A DNA stretch of 64,000 bases from Candidatus Oxydemutator sp. (GTDB lineage: Bacteria > Pseudomonadota > Gammaproteobacteria > Poriferisulfidales > Oxydemutatoraceae). Each line of letters begins with the position of its first letter. The first letter of the stretch is position 1. The notes under the pieces were generated by a model, which was not told where the DNA came from, did no database searches, and saw nothing but the letters and a program-made list of their open reading frames with translations. The stretch lies in assembly GCA_965203445.1 (NCBI GenBank), contig OZ241883.1:1344001-1408000 (forward strand), read 5' to 3'. Made by a program: the position numbers and the translations under genes. Below, piece by piece: positions 32,001 to 40,200 of this stretch.

Positions 32001-32599
32001 AATACGTCGTCAAGATAGGCGGCAGCCTCTATGCCCGCCCGGAGCTTGGGCGCGTGCTGGCCCGCGTCGCCGATCTGATAAAGGCGCCGCACGGCGCGAT
32101 CATCGTTCCCGGTGGCGGCCCGTTCGCGCACCAGGTGCGTCGCGCCCAGAAACGCTGGTTGTTCGCCGACCAGACCGCGCACCGCATGGCGTTGCTGGCG
32201 ATGCGCCAATACGGTCACATGATCGCGACACTTGCGGGGCTGCCGGCGACGGAACGGACGCAGGATGCGGCGGCGCACGGCGGCACCGTGTGGTTGCCGT
32301 CGGAGGATTGCCGGGCGTGGCTGCCCGAAGATCGCCCGCCCCCCGACTTCGATTGGCACCTGACCTCGGACTCCGTCGCCGCCTGCCTCGCCAGACGTAT
32401 CGGCGCAAAGCAGCTGCTGTTGATAAAGGCGGTGTCGGCGGGTGGGGTAGGCGGGGTGGGTGAGATGGGCGATCTGGTGGACGAACGTTTTTGCGGGTTG
32501 GTTACGGGAAGCGGAATGCAGGTGGGGTGCGTTTCGGCCAAGGAGTGGATCGCACTGGAACGCATTGATGATTTGGCGGGTTATCTGCTGTATGCATGA
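31997..32599 (+). CDS. Amino-acid-kinase-family protein (MfnE/Orf21-like)
   Basis: VVKIGGSL, VPGGGPFA, AHRMALLAM, TSDSVAA. Confidence 0.82.
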   Translation: MKYVVKIGGSLYARPELGRVLARVADLIKAPHGAIIVPGGGPFAHQVRRAQKRWLFADQTAHRMALLAMRQYGHMIATLAGLPATERTQDAAAHGGTVWLPSEDCRAWLPEDRPPPDFDWHLTSDSVAACLARRIGAKQLLLIKAVSAGGVGGVGEMGDLVDERFCGLVTGSGMQVGCVSAKEWIALERIDDLAGYLLYA

Positions 32600-32729
32600 A
32601 GACGTCGGACTTTGCTCGCCGCCGCTCCCGTTCCCTGCACCTTTCGTCCATCAGCCAATCCTACGCTTTCCATCCGCGTCGCAGGCTTTCCGGCGTTGCC
32701 CCTGAAACTATCCGCAAAATGGCAATCCC

Positions 32730-32844
32730 CCCTCTATTGTACAAGTCTGACGCCCCTTAATGGTAAAATCTGACGCCCTCTAACGTACAAACCTGACGTC
32801 CCCTAATGGTAAAATCTGACGCCATCTAATGTACAAATCTGACG
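32730..32844. repeat. Five tandem 23-bp units alternating A/B (46-bp higher-order repeat)
   Basis: ccctctattgtacaagtctgacg / ccccttaatggtaaaatctgacg / ccctctaacgtacaaacctgacg / tcccctaatggtaaaatctgacg / ccatctaatgtacaaatctgacg. Confidence 0.92.
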
Positions 32845-32867
32845 GTTTTCGTCTATACTGAAAACCC

Positions 32868-34118
32868 ATGGAAACCTGTCCACGCTGGCAGAAGCCCCTA
32901 GTCCGGCAGGCCCTGCAATATGCCAGAGCGGTATCGTTGTTGGGCGCCCGCCAATGCGGCAAGACTACTTTGGCAAAGATGCTCGCTTCGAGACGGGCGG
33001 AGTTCCGTTCACTGGACGACAGCGAAACTCTGGAGGCGGCGCGCAATGATCCGAAGGAGTTTGTCCGGCACGACAAATCCACGCTGATCATTGATGAATT
33101 TCAGCGTGTCCCGGATTTGCTTCTGGCCGTCAAGCGGGCGGTGGACGAAGACAACCGCCCCGGCCAATTTCTGCTGACCGGTTCGTCAAACATTTTTGCG
33201 TCGCCCGTCGCAATGGACTCTCTGGCCGGGCGGATACGCAGGATACGACTGCGACCTTTGGCGCGGGGCGAAATCAAAAACGTGGCGCCCGGGTTTCTCG
33301 ACGCCGCGTTCAGCCGGTCTTTTGCGGCGGGGAAAATAGCGGCCGCCGAGGATCGCAACCAGCTGCTTGAACTTGCGTTCCGGGGCGGTTTTCCCGAGGC
33401 GGCGAGGCTGGATCATCGTCGCCGTCGGCAATGGCACGACGATTACCTCGAGTCATTGTTGCAACGCGACTTGAGGGATATATCCGGCATCAGGCGCCAC
33501 GGTGTTTTGCAAGCCCTCGTTGCCGCGACCGCGGCCTGGTCCGGAAAGTACATGAACCTCTCGGCGATTCGCTCCGGCCTGTCCATACATCGCGACACCC
33601 TGGAGAGTTGCCTGGAAGCCCTGAGGCTGCTTTATCTCGTCGAACTCTTGCCGCCCTGGACAAAGACCGACTACGCCCAGGTCGGGAAGCGGCGCAAAAT
33701 TTTCATGACGGATTCCGGGCTGATGGCGTCCGTTCTGGGATGGCGATTGGGCGACGCGCGGTTGGGTTCCGACCAGAGCGGCAAGATATTCGAGACCTTC
33801 GTATTCAACGAACTCGCCGCCCAGGCGGACGCCGAAGAGGACAGGCGCTACACGATTTTCCACTACCGCGACCAGAAGAAACGCGAGATTGATTTTTTGA
33901 TCGAGCGCGAGGACGGCGCGTTGCTCGGCATCGAGGTCAAGGCGAGTTCCACCGTCAAAGGAGAAGACTTCAAACACCTGCGGTGGTTTCAGAAAAATTT
34001 GGCCGGCGAGAATGGGTTTTCCGGAGTCGTCTTGTATACCGGAGACCAAGTGTTGTCGTTCGGATCGGGGACGTGGGCGGTGCCGATCGGAGCATTGTGG
34101 ACGCAGTGGCGCCGGTAA
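32868..34118 (+). CDS. AAA_14 + DUF4143 ATPase with C-terminal PD-(D/E)xK nuclease-like domain
   Basis: GARQCGKTT, IIDEFQR, FLLTGSS, DSLAGR, DSGL, EIDFLIE...IEVKAS. Confidence 0.9.
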   Translation: METCPRWQKPLVRQALQYARAVSLLGARQCGKTTLAKMLASRRAEFRSLDDSETLEAARNDPKEFVRHDKSTLIIDEFQRVPDLLLAVKRAVDEDNRPGQFLLTGSSNIFASPVAMDSLAGRIRRIRLRPLARGEIKNVAPGFLDAAFSRSFAAGKIAAAEDRNQLLELAFRGGFPEAARLDHRRRRQWHDDYLESLLQRDLRDISGIRRHGVLQALVAATAAWSGKYMNLSAIRSGLSIHRDTLESCLEALRLLYLVELLPPWTKTDYAQVGKRRKIFMTDSGLMASVLGWRLGDARLGSDQSGKIFETFVFNELAAQADAEEDRRYTIFHYRDQKKREIDFLIEREDGALLGIEVKASSTVKGEDFKHLRWFQKNLAGENGFSGVVLYTGDQVLSFGSGTWAVPIGALWTQWRR

Positions 34119-34174
34119 TCGCAAACACCGATACTCGCAGCACCTGCTGGTGACCGAGACCGCGAAAGCGATTG

Positions 34175-34210
34175 GTGCCCAACGTCTTCTGACATCATAG
34201 TTTCCATTCG
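34175..34210 (-). CRISPR. Solitary degenerate CRISPR repeat
   Basis: Plus strand GTGCCCAACGTCTTCTGACATCATAG versus array GTGCTCAACGCCTTTCGGCATCATAG: 21/26 identical, hairpin preserved. Confidence 0.7.
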
Positions 34211-34321
34211 GCAATCGCTGGCGGTTCGCTTTTGCCAGGAACGGCGACCTTCCGCGTTCCGTATATAAGGGGTATGACCCGGCGAGCGTTCAGCCTTATC
34301 TTCTGAGATCCAACATGCAAA

Positions 34322-35227
34322 TCACTTGGCCGCTTTTGCCGCCTTACCACGAGACGCCCTTTTCTTTATTGGATCGGATTGTGGACGAAAAGTGACGCGC
34401 TTTCGCGATATGCCGTTTTTTACCAGTATCAGGAAATAGGAGTGCTGCTTTCGCGCGTGGTTCTGTTTGACTAATCTGCTCACCGCGGGGGCGTTGGCCC
34501 GGACGAGCACAAACAAATCTTTGCAATAAAAGCCGACGTCCATTGCATAATTGATAATGTCCACGTGAGTCAGGCGCTGCACGTTGGCGCAAACCTGGTC
34601 CTGGCATTTGACGATAAGCGTTCCTTTGTCGGTAAGGATGCGGTTTGCCTCGGAAATGGAGTCGAAATACATCGCGAGAACGGCGTCGTGCCAGCGTGGC
34701 CCCGTTCCCTGCTCTTCGTTGCCGTTTGCGTAGTAATTTCGGAAGCTCACGTGTGTTCCGTTCCCCGCCTTTTCCCCTCGTCCGGCGTTCCGATAAAACC
34801 CTTCCATATAAGGCGGATCGAGCACAACGGCGTCGAAGGAAGCGTCGGCATAAGGGAGCCGGCGACAGTCCGTTCCCGTCGCAATGTCCGAAGGGGTCAG
34901 GTCGTATGCACCCTTCGGGACTTTCCTCCAGAACACGCCTTTTCCGTATGTCACATCGGCGATCTTCGAACCTTCCGGGACGTGCAATCGGAGTATGCTC
35001 GGGAATATATCGGCGTTGCTTCCGACGCAGACGGACGTGACCAGATTGGACGTCGTCTCACCCTGCGGCGGTTTGCGCGTGATGGGTTTCCCCGGCCGGC
35101 GGCGTCGGTCGAGGCAATCGGTGATTCCCAGCCGTAACTGAGGGTTATTGCTTGGGGCGTTTTCCATTGTTTGGCCGGAAGCGGATGCGGCTAAGATATT
35201 GTCCAGAATGTTTCTGGCCCTATACAT
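34322..35227 (-). CDS. Orphan amino-DNA methyltransferase (alternative start 35167)
   Basis: IADVTYGKGVFW (motif I variant), VVLDPPY (motif IV), IVKCQD. Confidence 0.72.
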   Translation of the reverse strand: MYRARNILDNILAASASGQTMENAPSNNPQLRLGITDCLDRRRRPGKPITRKPPQGETTSNLVTSVCVGSNADIFPSILRLHVPEGSKIADVTYGKGVFWRKVPKGAYDLTPSDIATGTDCRRLPYADASFDAVVLDPPYMEGFYRNAGRGEKAGNGTHVSFRNYYANGNEEQGTGPRWHDAVLAMYFDSISEANRILTDKGTLIVKCQDQVCANVQRLTHVDIINYAMDVGFYCKDLFVLVRANAPAVSRLVKQNHARKQHSYFLILVKNGISRKRVTFRPQSDPIKKRASRGKAAKAAK

Positions 35228-35399
35228 ACCTTTCCGTATCGTTGGATGTGTGATTATGGCGTTGCGACCGCTAATCGAATAATAACGTCCAGTGGTTCAT
35301 CCGGTTACCGGCATGGTAATAAAATGGGAAGCCAGACGTAAGCTGCGTCCGTCGCCGACGGTTCCGCGGGCGGGCGGACAATCAACGGAAAACACAGTC

Positions 35400-37169
35400 A
35401 TGCGTTATAGCGACGAGGACATCATTCGCCGGCTGCGCCTGGGCGAGGACAGTGGTTGGGAGTTTCAGCAGGTCGAGTTCAGCGGCAGCTGCCCGAGCAA
35501 GCCGAGCAGGTCCCAATGGGCGGATGAAATTGCGGCGTTCGCCAATGCGAAAGGCGGCGTGCTGCTTTGCGGTGTTACCGACGATGGAGAAGTGCAGGGT
35601 ATGTCGCGTGAGCAGATTGTCGCATTGGACGCTTTCCTGGTCGAAGTGAGCACCGATTCCATCCACCCGCCTGTACGCATCAACACCGAACACAAGGAAT
35701 TGCCCGGCGGCAAACTTCTGTTGGTGGAAATCCCGGAAGGCGATGCGCGGCACGACAGCCCCGGCGGTAGCTACATCCGGACGGGGGCAACGAAGCGAAA
35801 GATGATCGGCGACGAGCGGATGCGCTTGACGCAACGCCGCGGCCAAGCGCGTTTCCGCCGGTTTGATGAGCAGGTCGTGCCGGACACCGGTTTTCACACA
35901 TTGGAGGAAGCGCTTTGGAGGCCCCTGCTGAGCGCTGAGGGAGCGGCCAACCCCGAACCGGCGCTGACAAAGCTGGCGTTGCTGGCGCCCGACGAAGCCG
36001 GCATCGTGCGCGCGACGGTTGCCGGAGTGCTGTTGTGCACCCAGAATCCCGAACAATGGCTCCCCAATGCCGGTATCACGGCCACCCGTTATCGCGGAAA
36101 GGATCGCGCCTCCGGCCAGGTGGACGCGCAGGAAATCGTCGGCCCGCTGAACCGGCAGATTGCGGACGCGGTCGCTTTCGCAATACGCAACATGCACGTT
36201 GCGGCGCGCAAAGAACCGGCCCGCGTGGACATGCCCCAATACAGCGACAAAGCCTTGTTCGAGGCTCTGGTCAACGCCGTGGCGCATCGTGATTACTCGA
36301 TACGCGGCAGCAGGATTCGCCTGTCCATGTTCGACGACCACCTGGAAATCCAGTCGCCCGGGTCGCTGCCGAACAACCTGACCGTGGACAGCATGGAGCA
36401 GCGGCAAGCCACCCGCAATGAAACGCTGACTTCGAGGTTCAGGCGAATGCCGGTGGGGGAGGTCCGGGGTTCGGAAGACCGGCGCTGGTTCATGGAACGT
36501 TGCGGAGACGGCGTTCCGATTATTCTGCGCGAGACCCGAAAACTTTGCGGAAAGCCGCCGCTATACGAGGTGATAGACGAATCGGAAGTGTGCCTGACTA
36601 TTCCCGCGGCGTCACAGGAGCAAAGCGCCGCCCGTGCCGTCGTCACCGTGCGGTGCGCCGGCGATCCGCTGGCCGGTGCCGACGTACTGGCCCTGTTCCC
36701 CAACAACACCTGGAAACGCGCGACGACCGACGAACACGGGGAGGCGGCCCTCGATCTGCATTCCACCCATCTGCCGATGACGGTGTTTGCCGCCGCCGCG
36801 GACCACACCGCCCATGCCCACTACGACTGGACACCCGCAGAGTGCGGGCTTGCTCTCGAATTGGACGCGCTGCCCGACGGCGGCGGCGTCATTTTCCCCG
36901 ACTCGACCGGCACAATTCCGGGAATCAACGGCCGCCTGAACCCGATCCGCGACCCCCACGACCGCACGTATCTGTATGCATCCAACGTCGCCATTGACAA
37001 GGGCCGCCCCCAACCCGTCCATTTCATCCCCGGTGAACCCCTGCGCCTGACCGACGCCGACGGAAACGAAACACAGGTGCGCATCGTCGCGATAGTCGGG
37101 AGGTCGGCGCTGGTGGAGTATCGGGCGTGTTCGGGCGGGGAGGGGGGGGGGGGGGGGGGGGGGGGGTAG
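35400..37169 (+). CDS. AlbA_2 (Schlafen-like) + HATPase_c_4 protein with beta-rich C-terminal domain
   Basis: GEDSGWEFQ, IAAFANAKGGVLLCGVTDDG, EALVNAVAHRDY, IQSPGSLP, RNE. Confidence 0.82.
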   Translation: MRYSDEDIIRRLRLGEDSGWEFQQVEFSGSCPSKPSRSQWADEIAAFANAKGGVLLCGVTDDGEVQGMSREQIVALDAFLVEVSTDSIHPPVRINTEHKELPGGKLLLVEIPEGDARHDSPGGSYIRTGATKRKMIGDERMRLTQRRGQARFRRFDEQVVPDTGFHTLEEALWRPLLSAEGAANPEPALTKLALLAPDEAGIVRATVAGVLLCTQNPEQWLPNAGITATRYRGKDRASGQVDAQEIVGPLNRQIADAVAFAIRNMHVAARKEPARVDMPQYSDKALFEALVNAVAHRDYSIRGSRIRLSMFDDHLEIQSPGSLPNNLTVDSMEQRQATRNETLTSRFRRMPVGEVRGSEDRRWFMERCGDGVPIILRETRKLCGKPPLYEVIDESEVCLTIPAASQEQSAARAVVTVRCAGDPLAGADVLALFPNNTWKRATTDEHGEAALDLHSTHLPMTVFAAAADHTAHAHYDWTPAECGLALELDALPDGGGVIFPDSTGTIPGINGRLNPIRDPHDRTYLYASNVAIDKGRPQPVHFIPGEPLRLTDADGNETQVRIVAIVGRSALVEYRACSGGEGGGGGGGG

Positions 37170-37235
37170 GCGTATGGTTGGCCGATCCTCGGATTGAAAT
37201 CTACACGCCCCCCCCCCCCCCCCCCCCCCCCCCCC
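37142..37235. repeat. G25 tract (37142-37166) and C28 tract (37208-37235), 41 nt apart
   Basis: Read directly; the tracts are mutually complementary. Confidence 0.85.
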
Positions 37236-37266
37236 GGACAACATTATTCGAAATTCCAAATAGGAA

Positions 37267-40200
37267 GTGCTCAACGTCTTTCGGCATCATAGATTGATTT
37301 GCCGCGCCGCGAATCCAGCACACGCCGTCGACCGCATCGGTGCTCAACGCCTTTCGGCATCATAGATTGATTTGCACCAAGTTACACGTGTTGATGTTAT
37401 TACAGGTGCCGTGCTCAACGCCTTTCGGCATCATAGATTGATTTGCTTCCGACACCGGTTCGTTTCCGGCGTGGAACGAGGCGTGCTCAACGCCTTTCGG
37501 CATCATAGATTGATTTGCCGTATTGCCTGTTCTTTTAATATATCTTCTCGAATGTGCTCAACGCCTTTCGGCATCATAGATTGATTTGCCACCGACGCCA
37601 CCGACGCCACCGGCGAACGCCGGGCGGTGCTCAACGCCTTTCGGCATCATAGATTGATTTGCACCGCCACCGGCGACGCCACCGCCGCAGGCGGTGCTCA
37701 ACGCCTTTCGGCATCATAGATTGATTTGCCTCAAAAAATGGCATCTGAGCACGCTTCTCGTGCATGTGCTCAACGCCTTTCGGCATCATAGATTGATTTG
37801 CATAGCAGTCACGGATTGATGTATGCGCCGAAGAAAGTGCTCAACGCCTTTCGGCATCATAGATTGATTTGCACTACCGGAAAAAGAAGAGGACAAAACA
37901 AATGTCCGTGCTCAACGCCTTTCGGCATCATAGATTGATTTGCCCGCCTGCTGTGCGGCGACGGCACCGAGGAGGAGTGGTGCTCAACGCCTTTCGGCAT
38001 CATAGATTGATTTGCCACCGTGGGCGCACCCTCGCCAGCCACCGTCAACGGTGCTCAACGCCTTTCGGCATCATAGATTGATTTGCGCAGGCGCAGCCGG
38101 CTGACGCGCAGATTCTCAAGAGTGCTCAACGCCTTTCGGCATCATAGATTGATTTGCTTGCCCGGCGACGACAGGGCGTTCGCCCAACAAAGCGTGCTCA
38201 ACGCCTTTCGGCATCATAGATTGATTTGCCGCATCGTCGCGCTGTTGATCCTGTCCTGTAATGGCGTGCTCAACGCCTTTCGGCATCATAGATTGATTTG
38301 CTGCAGCTCCCACGACTCCGCGAACAACGACGCGAGTGCTCAACGCCTTTCGGCATCATAGATTGATTTGCCGCATCGTCGCGCTGTTGATCCTGTCCTG
38401 TAATGGCGTGCTCAACGCCTTTCGGCATCATAGATTGATTTGCTGCAGCTCCCACGACTCCGCGAACAACGACGCGAGTGCTCAACGCCTTTCGGCATCA
38501 TAGATTGATTTGCCACCGGCACGTCCGCCGCGAGCACAGAATAATAAGGTGCTCAACGCCTTTCGGCATCATAGATTGATTTGCTACTCGGACGCTAAGG
38601 CGTCTAGAGACCGCTTCGGGTGCTCAACGCCTTTCGGCATCATAGATTGATTTGCATGCGCGTCGGACGGCCTTGCCGCGGCCGGATTCGAGTGCTCAAC
38701 GCCTTTCGGCATCATAGATTGATTTGCGCGCCGCGCGCACGTCCCTGTCGCGGGTGGCTGCGTGCTCAACGCCTTTCGGCATCATAGATTGATTTGCCGG
38801 CGCCGGCCGCTGGAAGGGCCGGGTCACCTTCTCGTGCTCAACGCCTTTCGGCATCATAGATTGATTTGCATGCCGGCGCCCGTGTTCAATTTCAATTTTG
38901 AGATGTGCTCAACGCCTTTCGGCATCATAGATTGATTTGCCAGCTCCACGTTCTCGATTACGGTCGCCGGGTGGCGTGCTCAACGCCTTTCGGCATCATA
39001 GATTGATTTGCACGCGGGTTACCTTAAAAAGCCCGTATCCCGGCGTGTGCTCAACGCCTTTCGGCATCATAGATTGATTTGCTAATAATCCCCGGCATAT
39101 AGGCCCGTGTACGTTTGTGCTCAACGCCTTTCGGCATCATAGATTGATTTGCAGGTAAAGTTCCGAAGCTGATGCCCTCAAAAGGTGGTGCTCAACGCCT
39201 TTCGGCATCATAGATTGATTTGCCTCGATGATGCGGGGGCGGTATTGTCCGTCCCCGTGTGTGCTCAACGCCTTTCGGCATCATAGATTGATTTGCGCGT
39301 TTGGCAGGCGGCCAAATTTTACGCGGCAGAAGTGCTCAACGCCTTTCGGCATCATAGATTGATTTGCCTACAGAACAATGGATAGCCTATACCGGGGATG
39401 TTGTGCTCAACGCCTTTCGGCATCATAGATTGATTTGCACGCTGGGGATTTTTTTGATTGCGCCTGGACGCAAGTGCTCAACGCCTTTCGGCATCATAGA
39501 TTGATTTGCGATGCAAATTTGCATTTGCAAATGGAATCCGTCGGGTGCTCAACGCCTTTCGGCATCATAGATTGATTTGCGCCTCATCGCCAGGCGGGGT
39601 AACGCCAAGCAAGTGTGCTCAACGCCTTTCGGCATCATAGATTGATTTGCTGCGTGAACGTATCACCGGCTATCACCGGCCAAAGTGCTCAACGCCTTTC
39701 GGCATCATAGATTGATTTGCCCGGAATAATGCGTCGTCGCGGTGAATTTGCCGTGCGGTGCTCAACGCCTTTCGGCATCATAGATTGATTTGCTGATTGT
39801 CCAGGTGCCACAAATCGGCGAGGACGAGGTGCTCAACGCCTTTCGGCATCATAGATTGATTTGCCCGAAAAACAGCGCTCCCAGAGTAGATAATACCACT
39901 GTGCTCAACGCCTTTCGGCATCATAGATTGATTTGCACCGGTGATGCGCCCGTGCCTGGCGACGGCCAGGCGTGCTCAACGCCTTTCGGCATCATAGATT
40001 GATTTGCATATTACTGATTTATAATCTAAATTTTACTACCCTAGTGCTCAACGCCTTTCGGCATCATAGATTGATTTGCAATGATTATGATGTGGAGGCC
40101 AGCGCGGATGCCGGTGCTCAACGCCTTTCGGCATCATAGATTGATTTGCGGTGCTCGCGGGCGCGGCGTCCGAGCCAGCGCGAGGTGCTCAACGCCTTTC

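Noticed and set aside
32730-32844. 23-bp repeats as a Tn7/CAST end or mini-CRISPR
   Set aside because: TGTACA is present, but there are no tns genes, no matching right end near 55.1 kb and no unique spacers
34131-34320. Second pseudo-repeat that would make a CreA-like mini-array (hairpins near 34141 and 34298)
   Set aside because: Similarity is too weak and the spacing does not fit; left unclaimed
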